From the IMG/VR virus record IMGVR_UViG_3300009285_002354, positions 64,001 to 106,595 of that record: DNA of 42,595 nt; one strand, 5' to 3'. The DNA is from a virus (lineage: Duplodnaviria; Heunggongvirae; Uroviricota; Caudoviricetes). A model generated the notes under the pieces. That model was not told the DNA's origin and made no database searches. It was given only the letters and a program-made list of their open reading frames with translations. The position numbers and the translations under genes were made by a program. This document shows, piece by piece, positions 34,341 through 42,415 of this stretch (positions within the stretch are counted from its first letter, which is position 1; the number at the start of each line of letters is the position of its first letter).

Positions 34341-34559
34341 TCACAGAACTTGCATGAATGTGCGACCTCGCGTCGGATGGCGGCGCAGGCTGTCTCGAAT
34401 GATCTTCTTGACCTTCTCATTCAGCATGGTTATCGCCTCACCGGATACTTGTGTCGGTATCCAGCCGGGGCGCACGATCTCAGCGGCTTCCTTCACGTAG
34501 TCCTTCACATGACTGACATTGAGCAGCATGTGGGGACTGGGTTTGGCTCTCTTGTTCAT
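34341..34559 (-). CDS. Candidate bacterial-type histone-fold protein
   Basis: LLNVSHVKDYVKE..VSGEAITMLNEKVKKIIRDS..GRTFM pattern of alpha1-L1-alpha2-L2. Confidence 0.6.
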   Translation of the reverse strand: MNKRAKPSPHMLLNVSHVKDYVKEAAEIVRPGWIPTQVSGEAITMLNEKVKKIIRDSLRRHPTRGRTFMQVL

Positions 34560-34570
34560 GGTGCTCTCCT

Positions 34571-34978
34571 TTATGCATTGTCGATCAGGCCCTTAATATG
34601 ATCGTAGCACTTGCGGCATACTACTTTCCGCCGCATATCGAGCTGAACGTACTTGTCCCATTCCTCATCGGAGACACGGAAGAAGGACGGCCAGACCTTG
34701 CCGCAATAGGCACAGAGCACAGGCCATCGAATGTAAGGGATGCGGCCCTTCTTCTCCAGTAATGCGAGCCACTGCTTCTCTTGTTCTTCGGTGAGGCCGT
34801 GCTCGTAAGTCCATGTGCCCGGACTCACGTCTATACTCAACTGCTTGTAGACGCAACCACAAGCAATGAGCTGATTGCCACACTCGGGACAACGCTCCAT
34901 ATCGCAGCCTAATTCATGTATTTCGCCTTCCTTGCAGCCACAATCATGACAAGTGACGGGGGTTTGTTTCTCAGGCAT
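34571..34978 (-). CDS. Cys-rich zinc-finger protein
   Basis: CHDC, H..GC, CPEC, CGC, CAYC, CRKC. Confidence 0.7.
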   Translation of the reverse strand: MPEKQTPVTCHDCGCKEGEIHELGCDMERCPECGNQLIACGCVYKQLSIDVSPGTWTYEHGLTEEQEKQWLALLEKKGRIPYIRWPVLCAYCGKVWPSFFRVSDEEWDKYVQLDMRRKVVCRKCYDHIKGLIDNA

Positions 34979-35000
34979 AGGGCTCCTTTCTGTAGGAATG

Positions 35001-35025
35001 AAAAGGGCCCGGAACGACCGGGCCC
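35001..35025 (-). terminator. Intrinsic terminator
   Basis: GGGCCCGG/CCGGGCCC stem followed by TTTT. Confidence 0.7.
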
Positions 35026-35071
35026 CCGGACATGCAAGCGAGCTACTAGCTCGGTTGCTCATGCACTTGTT

Positions 35072-35152
35072 TCACTCTTCTCCATCGTCTTCGATGATCT
35101 CGACATCCTTCTCTTCGGGGACGTCGCCGGGGTCTTGCTGATGGTCACACAT
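35072..35152 (-). CDS. 26-aa acidic peptide
   Basis: MCDHQQDPGDVPEEKDVEIIEDDGEE; overlaps the upstream stop. Confidence 0.35.
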   Translation of the reverse strand: MCDHQQDPGDVPEEKDVEIIEDDGEE

Positions 35153-35420
35153 GCTCTTTCTCCTTTCCCTGTATTTCCTGTAGATACGAGCCCTCGACAG
35201 GCTCAAAGCCCTCGATCTTGTCGCGCCGCACCAGCCCTAAGAAGTCGAAGTAGTTGCACCAGAGCAGCGCGCGTGAACGCATGATGCACCAGACTTGGCC
35301 GTCACAGACCCACCATTCATCCTCACCTGTTTTACCCAAGAGCAGGCCGAACTTGTGGCACATGCGCCATACGTTGTCGTGCTTGAGCTTCGAGTCTTTA
35401 CGCTCAGCTACAGTTTGCAT
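35145..35420 (-). CDS. Hypothetical protein
   Basis: AGGAGG RBS. Confidence 0.55.
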   Translation of the reverse strand: MQTVAERKDSKLKHDNVWRMCHKFGLLLGKTGEDEWWVCDGQVWCIMRSRALLWCNYFDFLGLVRRDKIEGFEPVEGSYLQEIQGKEKEHV

Positions 35421-37143
35421 GGGGGCCTCCTTCTCCTGCCGTGAGTAGTTTGCACTCGGACGGCGCGAAAATCCTGTTCGTGTTGAAGTGCTTCTCTGCG
35501 GTCTCGAAGTCGATGTCCATTTCTTCGCAGGCTTCGCGCGGCGACTTGATCCAGCCCAACAGGCGGCTCGCCTCTACATTCAGGGCCTTGATGAAACCCT
35601 GATGGAATTGGATATGCAGGTTGCCGTTACAGAACGCCTTGGCCCGCATAAGGATTTCCTCGCTGCCGCTCAGGTAGAAGAGTTCGGGACTACCAGAATC
35701 CCATCCATGTCCCATGCTGGAATCGTAGCAGGAGAAGCCAAGGTTGTTTGCCACAGTGATGATGTCATTGAGCGTGTCGTGGCAATCCCGGTAGAGTCCG
35801 TTCGGGTAGTCATTATCACTGATGTATTCTCTCTTCTTCGATGTGCGCTTGATGCCCAGATGCTGCTGAGTGATGATCCGGTATTCGAGCATGTAGTGAG
35901 TATGTGGCGGCTCTCTGTTGTAGTAGCTGTTGTATCGCCAGCCGTTGCGGTCCCACGTCTTTTGGTTGCTCTTGTAGTTTCTGATGTTCTCAGGGCCACT
36001 GAGCTTCTTGAACAGGTCAACCAACTGCGAATTGATGTAGAGGTTCGCATTCTTGAGCACCCACAGCACGACGGCGTAGGCGTTCTCTGCTGTGAAGTCA
36101 ACGTGGACGGCAGAGGCCATTTTCTTGAGGATCACTTCCCGCGAGGCACAGGTCAGCCGCTTATTGATCTTGTCCAGGTGGTTGAAAAGCTCTTGCCAAT
36201 AGAGGTTCTTCATGCCGGCGATCTTCTGGCGCAGCCCCTTTTTGACTTCCGCCACTTCGACACCGACGGTTTTCAGCAGGGCCGGGTCTATCTGGCACAG
36301 CGCCCGGTAAGAGGCGTGCATCTTCTTCATTTCTTCCTGATAGAGCTCGGCCAGTCTGTCCACGAGGTTGCAGCCCGTGAGAAGATCATTGCTGATCTTG
36401 TCCGGCGCGGTCTCGTCTTTCAAGGTGTCGATAACCTCGACTTGCGGGAAGGTCTCATGGAACCACGTCTCGAAGGGGTCTTTCTTTTCGTCACGGCGAT
36501 ACCGATCATTGCCCTCTTGCCTCATGGAGACGTGGACTATATCGACTACGGCGCGTGCCTGTCGCTCGGCGTGAGTGAAATCGCCATGCCATATCGTCTT
36601 GGCTTTTAAGCTGCGCGATTCCAGAGCCAGCTTGATACGCGGTGATTCGGCCCACCGCTGAGGCAGAATCAGGTAGGCGTCATTGCACAGACCCTCTTTG
36701 ATGATCTTGACCGCCCAGTCTTCGTACTCCGAATAGGGCGGATTGCAGAAAATCACGTCCACATCCTTGTCAATCAGCGTCTGATAGTGAAAGTCCGTGC
36801 CCACTACGGCGATATTCGCCGGCATGTTCTCCAGCAATGGCGCAGCTTTCTCAATGGCGTAGAGGTCCGAAACGCTGCACGCTTCGGCTAGTGCCGTGAG
36901 CACCCTCCCGTCGCCTGCGCCAATGTCGAGGACGGAGCTCAGGTTGGGCTTCTCGCCGGGTCTGCCGAATCGGTCGCGCTTCCCAATGTGGCGCACTACG
37001 GCAGTAATCATTTCATCGGTGGTCGGATACCACTCGAAGTCCTGGCCTGATCCTTTCAGGGCCCCTACCACGGCCGGAGTGGTAATCTTACCCACTCTCT
37101 TCGCGCGTACCTTACGCGGTTTCGCAAATAGACTCATTTCCAT
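35404..37143 (-). CDS. N6-adenine DNA methyltransferase with DUF4942-like C-terminus
   Basis: EWYPT, VLDIGAGDG (motif I), FCNPPYS (motif IV), KAFCNGNLHI. Confidence 0.88.
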   Translation of the reverse strand: MEMSLFAKPRKVRAKRVGKITTPAVVGALKGSGQDFEWYPTTDEMITAVVRHIGKRDRFGRPGEKPNLSSVLDIGAGDGRVLTALAEACSVSDLYAIEKAAPLLENMPANIAVVGTDFHYQTLIDKDVDVIFCNPPYSEYEDWAVKIIKEGLCNDAYLILPQRWAESPRIKLALESRSLKAKTIWHGDFTHAERQARAVVDIVHVSMRQEGNDRYRRDEKKDPFETWFHETFPQVEVIDTLKDETAPDKISNDLLTGCNLVDRLAELYQEEMKKMHASYRALCQIDPALLKTVGVEVAEVKKGLRQKIAGMKNLYWQELFNHLDKINKRLTCASREVILKKMASAVHVDFTAENAYAVVLWVLKNANLYINSQLVDLFKKLSGPENIRNYKSNQKTWDRNGWRYNSYYNREPPHTHYMLEYRIITQQHLGIKRTSKKREYISDNDYPNGLYRDCHDTLNDIITVANNLGFSCYDSSMGHGWDSGSPELFYLSGSEEILMRAKAFCNGNLHIQFHQGFIKALNVEASRLLGWIKSPREACEEMDIDFETAEKHFNTNRIFAPSECKLLTAGEGGPHANCS

Positions 37144-37168
37144 TGTCTTTCCCTTTCACATTGACTGG

Positions 37169-37312
37169 TTACTTTCTCCTGATTTCCGATGGCACTTTGC
37201 CGGCGCGTAGAATCTTCGCCGCATAGTCGCACTTGTCCCGCACCGGGCAGATGGGGCATGGAGCCTTGCCGCCCTCGATGCACTCGGGAATGGATTGTGG
37301 TCGCGTAGTCAT
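37169..37312 (-). CDS. 47-aa Cys-containing protein
   Basis: Hand translation MTTRPQSIPEC..CPICPVRDKC..; ATGA coupling. Confidence 0.45.
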   Translation of the reverse strand: MTTRPQSIPECIEGGKAPCPICPVRDKCDYAAKILRAGKVPSEIRRK

Positions 37313-37617
37313 GGGTTCATCCGTCCTTTCTGTCGCTTGTTCGTCTCATACTTGTACTGCCGGGGCTCGTCCCACCATGCGGTCCAGCGAGTCACCGACT
37401 TCTTCTTGGCGCTCGCCCAGGCGATCGGTGAATCATCTTCTATCGCGTTCTCTTTGTCGCTCGGCTTCATGCGCCATAGGGCCCATGAGTGCTCGGGCCA
37501 TCCGGAGACGGCTTCGTTGAAAGCCTCCATGTCACCTTCGGCTTTGAAGCATTCCAAGATTGCGGCTTCATCGGGGTCCAACACGCCGCGCTCATCGTAG
37601 AGGATGTAGTCGATCAT
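37309..37617 (-). CDS. Hypothetical protein
   Basis: ATGA coupling. Confidence 0.6.
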   Translation of the reverse strand: MIDYILYDERGVLDPDEAAILECFKAEGDMEAFNEAVSGWPEHSWALWRMKPSDKENAIEDDSPIAWASAKKKSVTRWTAWWDEPRQYKYETNKRQKGRMNP

Positions 37618-37886
37618 GCTCGGCCCCTATCAACTGTCACACCGGCGTCCTTGATGATCTGCCCGATGTCGATTTTTCCACTCTTGATGCCGGCGCGGAT
37701 CGCTTGAAGGTCGGCCTCGTGGCCGATCTTCTTCTCGATCAGAGAGTCCCATCCGTAGTGCGCGCCGCGACTCGACAAGAGGTACGGTTGTCCGATCCTG
37801 TTGTAGTTGAAGATGATGCACGGGCCCGCTATCAGTAAGCGGTTGTTCTTCTTCATCTGGACGATATCCCCAGGTTGGTACTGCAT
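37614..37886 (-). CDS. Hypothetical protein (KOW/SH3-like start)
   Basis: MQYQPGDIVQMK. Confidence 0.55.
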   Translation of the reverse strand: MQYQPGDIVQMKKNNRLLIAGPCIIFNYNRIGQPYLLSSRGAHYGWDSLIEKKIGHEADLQAIRAGIKSGKIDIGQIIKDAGVTVDRGRA

Positions 37887-37935
37887 GTTCTTCCTTTCCA
37901 GTAGTACGTTTCAGGTTGAACTCGTAGAGGTCAGT

Positions 37936-38466
37936 TCATTCATTGGTGATTGTGAAGAGCGGCGTATCGGCCATGACAGGAGTAGCTTTCTCGACAAGCC
38001 TCGCCGGTTGCCCTTGTGGGGGTACGTGATATTTCCGCTTGCCCGGCTGCATGGCAAACAGCTTGTCGCCGATCATCCGCACATTGAGCCGAAGGATGGA
38101 TTCACCCATGAGGCCGTCAAGGGCAACCTCGATATTGGCCTTGGCCGTGTAGGCCCTCCGCAAGAGTTCGTCAGTGAAGGGCTCGAATCCCTCTGCCACA
38201 AGTCGCATATGTCTCCGGTAGCCCTGGCTCGCGTAAACCACGCCATACAGATTGGAGCCTTCGCGCTGCTCGGGTATCCCAATCCGCAGGGCGACCATCC
38301 TTGCTACATAGCTGTTGTATGGGAACTTACCGGTTGCCACGATCTTGTCGATCTCATCAACTACGATGTCGCTGGCAGTATAAATGTCGTCTCGATCATC
38401 GAGCCCGAGCGAATAGGTCCGCAATTCATCTTCGCCGTGCAGGATTCGTTTCGTGCTGTTCTTCAT
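37936..38466 (-). CDS. Hypothetical protein
   Basis: AAAGGG RBS before MKNSTKR. Confidence 0.65.
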   Translation of the reverse strand: MKNSTKRILHGEDELRTYSLGLDDRDDIYTASDIVVDEIDKIVATGKFPYNSYVARMVALRIGIPEQREGSNLYGVVYASQGYRRHMRLVAEGFEPFTDELLRRAYTAKANIEVALDGLMGESILRLNVRMIGDKLFAMQPGKRKYHVPPQGQPARLVEKATPVMADTPLFTITNE

Positions 38467-38492
38467 CGGTTTTCCCTTTCCGGGCGTAGCGG

Positions 38493-38615
38493 TCACGTCC
38501 CTATCGTTTCCATCAGGTGCAAGCCCGTCATAACGACGGGCACGATCTCTCTCAACATGCTCGCCAGCAGCGCAAACAGGGTGAGCGGAACAGCGATACT
38601 CAGTAGGGTTCTCAT
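38493..38615 (-). CDS. 40-aa hydrophobic peptide
   Basis: MRTLLSIAVPLTLFALLASMLRE..; AAGGAG RBS; ATGA coupling. Confidence 0.5.
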   Translation of the reverse strand: MRTLLSIAVPLTLFALLASMLREIVPVVMTGLHLMETIGT

Positions 38616-38941
38616 GGGGTTTCTCCTTCTTCATCGGTTTCGGGGAAGGGTCGCTGCTCGTGAATCGCACAGAGTAGCTCGAACAGGCCCGTCAGCATGT
38701 CGTACTCGTAATCACCAGATGCATTCTCGATTCTGTGAGCCAAAACCTTGATCTGCTTATCCAGCAGGTCGTAATCGACAGCGATCTCCTGGGCCTTGAA
38801 CAGCTCTTTGGTCAGTCGCAGGATCGTGCGACGCTGTTGCTCTTGGCGCTCTCGGATGTACGCCGCACATCGCTCGGGGTCGTCGACATACTCAGACCCG
38901 CACGGCGTAAGGCTTTCGAGGATTTTCATTGGGTCACTCAT
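38612..38941 (-). CDS. Hypothetical protein
   Basis: AAGGAG RBS. Confidence 0.6.
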   Translation of the reverse strand: MSDPMKILESLTPCGSEYVDDPERCAAYIRERQEQQRRTILRLTKELFKAQEIAVDYDLLDKQIKVLAHRIENASGDYEYDMLTGLFELLCAIHEQRPFPETDEEGETP

Positions 38942-38953
38942 GGGATTCTCCTT

Positions 38954-38987
38954 GAAAATGAGGGGCAGGAGTCACGGCCCCTGCCCC
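38954..38987 (-). terminator. Terminator-like hairpin
   Basis: GGGGCAGG/CCTGCCCC stem then TCATTTT. Confidence 0.55.
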
Positions 38988-39035
38988 AATGAAAGGGAAA
39001 TTCAATTGAGATTCACAGCAGACCCGATTACTCTC

Positions 39036-39251
39036 TCACGGTCGGGCCTGCTCTTTCAGATACACCCGGCACGTCACGCCGGTCTTGAACAGCAGGTGCT
39101 TCTTTGAATCGATGGGCTCGCGCGGCTCTTCCAAACGGCTCGGACTCGGAATGATCTCCTTGCCGTCGTCCGTCCAGCCGAGCCAGTGCTTCTTGCAATC
39201 ATAGTGGCCTCCGCATACGGGACACTTGAATTCGGGCAGGTCTGATCTCAT
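39036..39251 (-). CDS. Small Zn-ribbon protein
   Basis: CPVCGG motif. Confidence 0.5.
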   Translation of the reverse strand: MRSDLPEFKCPVCGGHYDCKKHWLGWTDDGKEIIPSPSRLEEPREPIDSKKHLLFKTGVTCRVYLKEQARP

Positions 39252-39263
39252 GTCGATTTCCTT

Positions 39264-39638
39264 TCACTGCACACTGGTGGCCTCGGCGATTAAGGCGCGA
39301 GCGCACTTGAGCAGATCATCTTCCTCCATATCGGCGTCTGCTTCCACGTATCGCTGCAAACAGTCCAGCAGGTCCGCATTGACCTTGACGGCATCCGGCG
39401 CAGGCTTCGCTTGTCTGACGTGGGTTACTCCCTCTTTGTCCGTCCATTGCATACTCGTGTGGACCTCCTCGAAGGTCACGCACCACGTCTGTTCGCACTC
39501 CATGCAAACGTAGGTGTAGCACCCCTCATCCAGCTCGCAGTCGGCATCATCGCTGCCGCAGCACGGGCACTTCTCCGAGTACAGTTCGACGTCGTCCACC
39601 AGATGCTCGATCACTTTCGGTTCTACGTTCATTTCCAT
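39264..39638 (-). CDS. Zn-ribbon hypothetical protein
   Basis: CPCC and CMEC motifs. Confidence 0.6.
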   Translation of the reverse strand: MEMNVEPKVIEHLVDDVELYSEKCPCCGSDDADCELDEGCYTYVCMECEQTWCVTFEEVHTSMQWTDKEGVTHVRQAKPAPDAVKVNADLLDCLQRYVEADADMEEDDLLKCARALIAEATSVQ

Positions 39639-39725
39639 TGTTCGTACCTTTCAATTCAGAGTTTCGGTTTCAAGTTCGGGCATCCGTGCCCAACGGGTCC
39701 ATCCATGTCAGAAGGGGTGGAAGTT

Positions 39726-40025
39726 TTACGGCGTTGCCTTTTCAATCTCGACTTGAGTCTGTATCAGCGCGTCATAGTATCGGTTCGTTCGGATGCTTCC
39801 GATGTGTCCCCATGCCTTCATTTCCCCCCGCGCGGCTTCGGATAGTTCACGAAGGGCTCCCAGTAAGCCCGGCGCGGCGGCGAGTAGTATGCCATTTGGG
39901 ATCGTCTCGTTGTCCGCATTGCCCCACCCTGTTACCTCAGCAATGTCTCCGTACTCACTGACGATTGCGCCGCGGTCAAGATCAAAACTCCACGGTCCTG
40001 GTGTGTTATGCTCTTGCTTACTCAT
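39726..40025 (-). CDS. Common phage early protein of the TPGPW...AAAP.LL type
   Basis: TPGPW start and ILLAAAPGLLGAL motif. Confidence 0.65.
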   Translation of the reverse strand: MSKQEHNTPGPWSFDLDRGAIVSEYGDIAEVTGWGNADNETIPNGILLAAAPGLLGALRELSEAARGEMKAWGHIGSIRTNRYYDALIQTQVEIEKATP

Positions 40026-40037
40026 GTCTTGGTCCTT

Positions 40038-40430
40038 TCACTTTGGCAGGTGCTTCGTCACCCGCTCGTAATAGGGTTTCGTACAACGCTTCTTCATTCC
40101 GTTCGGGCCGCCGTTGTGGATCCTGGCGTATGTCTCCGGTGTCGCCGGATATCCTTGCTGGTAGTGCATCAGGTAGGCCCTCACGACCGCCCTTGATTTC
40201 TGTGGGTCGCTGGCGTCCTCATACGGCCAGTTCACGCCGAGTAGCCGTGCTCCGTCCATCCAGTAGGCCTCGTGAATCTGGTACATACCCAATGCTTTGC
40301 CGGCGTCGCCTATCGCGTTGGGGTCGCCGCCACTCTCGACAACGGCTATCGCATCGAGAACAGATTCAAGCATGATGTGTTCGGCGGCGCCGTGGAGCAG
40401 GACGAACAGGAATGCACATTGAAGGATCAT
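40038..40430 (-). CDS. Lysozyme-like protein (destabilase/i-type or SLT-like)
   Basis: AIAVVESGG catalytic Glu, GMYQI..YW.D, ARIHNGGP; hydrophobic N-terminus. Confidence 0.8.
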   Translation of the reverse strand: MILQCAFLFVLLHGAAEHIMLESVLDAIAVVESGGDPNAIGDAGKALGMYQIHEAYWMDGARLLGVNWPYEDASDPQKSRAVVRAYLMHYQQGYPATPETYARIHNGGPNGMKKRCTKPYYERVTKHLPK

Positions 40431-40723
40431 CGTGTGGCCTTTCTTACTAATCGCATGTTCTCCTGGACCCGGTCGTCCCACCCATTGACTCTCCGGACTT
40501 CGGACGGCAACAAGCAGAGCCGCACGCCGCGGTCAAAGATGACTGCGAGATTCTCTTCGGCGCGGGCGTAAACGGTCCCCTGCCGTCCAGCGTACTCGCG
40601 GATTGCAAATGCACTGTGTTCGGTAGGAGTCACAACTACGCTGTCCAACAGATTGATGGTCATAGTCTTTCCCTTTCTGAATCGGGCATCAGCCCTACGG
40701 TGTTCACCGAAATCGTAGTTCAA
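40427..40723 (-). CDS. Hypothetical protein
   Basis: ATGA coupling. Confidence 0.5.
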   Translation of the reverse strand: MNYDFGEHRRADARFRKGKTMTINLLDSVVVTPTEHSAFAIREYAGRQGTVYARAEENLAVIFDRGVRLCLLPSEVRRVNGWDDRVQENMRLVRKATR

Positions 40724-41076
40724 CGAAACTCCAACGGTTCTCCGTTCGCGGCGGCCTCCTCCATCCCGTCTGCGAGAAGGAGGGCGTTCTTCTTGTCGTA
40801 CATGACCATGTAGTCACTGTCCGACCACTCACTGACGATCTTCCGCAGCCGGGGCGCGATGATCTTGCACTGCTCTGGCGTCAACTCGCCGTCGCAGTCG
40901 CTGTGGTTCAAGAGGTCGATGATCGGCTCTGTCAATGGAGGCGACCACTCACCATCACCACCGAAGCCCTCCATCATATCCAAGTCGATGCCGGTGCATT
41001 CCGCAAGGTGCGTGCGGAATTTCATGAATCCGCTATAGCTCCAATGTGCATCTGAATGACTGAAATCCAGTCCCAT
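40720..41076 (-). CDS. Conserved phage hypothetical protein (HSDCDG motif)
   Basis: WSYSGF..FR and LLNHSDCDGEL. Confidence 0.7.
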   Translation of the reverse strand: MGLDFSHSDAHWSYSGFMKFRTHLAECTGIDLDMMEGFGGDGEWSPPLTEPIIDLLNHSDCDGELTPEQCKIIAPRLRKIVSEWSDSDYMVMYDKKNALLLADGMEEAAANGEPLEFR

Positions 41077-41118
41077 AGATTCTCCTTTCGATTGTTGGGT
41101 CGAAGCCCCAGTTAGGGG

Positions 41119-41340
41119 TCAGCTATAATCTGCCCATCCGTGGTCCGAGTCCCACTTCATCCTCATGTAGTGGTCCTCGGTCCCGATGAATGGGTTCTGC
41201 TCCGGCCCCGGATAACCGTAGCCTCTGTGTACGACGTCGGGCGGCACTCGATTCTCCGGCTTGACGGTTCCATCCTGGGTCGCTTTGGGCATCAGCATCG
41301 TCAGGATGGACACCCACAGGGTTGCGAGTAGACGTTTCAT
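41119..41340 (-). CDS. Hypothetical protein
   Basis: ATGA coupling; hydrophobic N-terminus. Confidence 0.45.
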   Translation of the reverse strand: MKRLLATLWVSILTMLMPKATQDGTVKPENRVPPDVVHRGYGYPGPEQNPFIGTEDHYMRMKWDSDHGWADYS

Positions 41341-41630
41341 TCTTTGCATGATGGCGCCTCCTTCTTTTCGACTTTGGCGATTGCGGCCTGACACTCATGG
41401 AGACGTGCCAAACGATATTCCTGCCCAATGGAATCATCTATGCGCCGTCTCAGTGCGGCCTCAAACTCTCTCACTATGAGCAGCAGGTCCGGCCCGGCGG
41501 CGTAGTCAGAGCGAAGAAACACCTTCACGCGCCCATCCTCGACTTCGACCCGCACCCCACCATCATCAGATATGGCCTGGGTCTCTGTTTCTTCCATCGT
41601 CAACCAGTGAATCATCGGTAGCTTCTTCAT
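41337..41630 (-). CDS. Hypothetical protein
   Basis: AAAGGAG RBS. Confidence 0.55.
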   Translation of the reverse strand: MKKLPMIHWLTMEETETQAISDDGGVRVEVEDGRVKVFLRSDYAAGPDLLLIVREFEAALRRRIDDSIGQEYRLARLHECQAAIAKVEKKEAPSCKE

Positions 41631-41968
41631 TGTTTCGCTCCTTTCGCGACAGTGATGGCTTCACGAAATCTGCGAATCGCCCCACAGTACGCCAACGGAG
41701 AGAGGCTGCTGGCTTCTATCATCTTGGACCCGAGGACCGATTGTAGCTGCTCAATGATAGCTAACACGTCGTCCCCTGACTCCACGAGTTCATCGTGGCA
41801 GTTCCACGACTTCACGATTCGCTGCGCGTCCCTCATGGCGCTATCGGGGCTGTCGCAATTCTCGGCATCGACGGTCGCAACTAGACATTTGCCCATGTCA
41901 TCAGCCACGATCTCGATGTCGCCATCGGAGTTGGTTCCGTCGATCTTTAGTGGGTACTCAGCTTTCAT
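41627..41968 (-). CDS. Hypothetical phage early protein
   Basis: DAQRIVKSWNCHDELV motif; RBS. Confidence 0.6.
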   Translation of the reverse strand: MKAEYPLKIDGTNSDGDIEIVADDMGKCLVATVDAENCDSPDSAMRDAQRIVKSWNCHDELVESGDDVLAIIEQLQSVLGSKMIEASSLSPLAYCGAIRRFREAITVAKGAKQ

Positions 41969-42007
41969 GGATGTTCTCCTTTCCTACTGTATCATACTGT
42001 TTCGTAG

Positions 42008-42289
42008 CTACAATCCTCTGCGTTCGCGTTCTTCTTCCAAGAGCTTCTCGACTTCATGGTCGTGCGGCTCCACGTCGCCCCACATTTCCGTAGAGGCGAA
42101 GCAATTCAGATTCACGCACTTGCCGTCAATCAGGGGCTCATGGCAATCAGGGCACTCATCGGAGAAGAAGTCGGTCGGCTCGCCCGTATGCTCTTGACTG
42201 AAATCCTCGAACATCTTGCGGATATGCTCTCGCATGGTCCGGTTCTCATCTTCTCTAGGCGTAGCGGTGTTCATCGGGTCAGTATTCAC
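42008..42289 (-). CDS. Hypothetical protein with CxxC motifs
   Basis: GTG start after GAAGGAG; CPDC..C. Confidence 0.55.
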   Translation of the reverse strand: MNTDPMNTATPREDENRTMREHIRKMFEDFSQEHTGEPTDFFSDECPDCHEPLIDGKCVNLNCFASTEMWGDVEPHDHEVEKLLEEERERRGL

Positions 42290-42302
42290 GGTGTTTCTCC
42301 TT

Positions 42303-42338
42303 CAAATAAGAAGGGGCGGCCCATGACGGAACCGCCCC
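42303..42338 (-). terminator. Terminator-like hairpin before the first early gene
   Basis: GGGGCGG/CCGCCCC stem then TTCTTATTT. Confidence 0.5.
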
Positions 42339-42368
42339 GAACCAAGGATGGAAGTTTCTATCCCAATG

Positions 42369-42390
42369 AAAAAGCCCGCACTGAGCGGGC
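42369..42390 (-). terminator. Intrinsic terminator
   Basis: GCCCGC/GCGGGC stem followed by TTTTT. Confidence 0.7.
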
Positions 42391-42415
42391 CGTGTTCGGG
42401 GTGCTGCGGAGGGAG

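Larger units (their letters stand above)
1..42400 (-). mobile_element. Tailed phage/prophage segment (early operon, regulator/integrase block, packaging and head module)
   Basis: Co-oriented dense minus-strand ORFs including terminase, portal, MuF, protease, capsid and connectors. Left end is not in the window; right end is approximate. Confidence 0.95.

Noticed and set aside
948-36609. Long plus-strand ORFs (948-2153, 6559-7395, 8073-9248, 15686-16741, 17110-18018, 29503-30330, 35488-36609 and similar)
   Set aside because: Antisense shadows of well-supported minus-strand genes; no motifs of their own.
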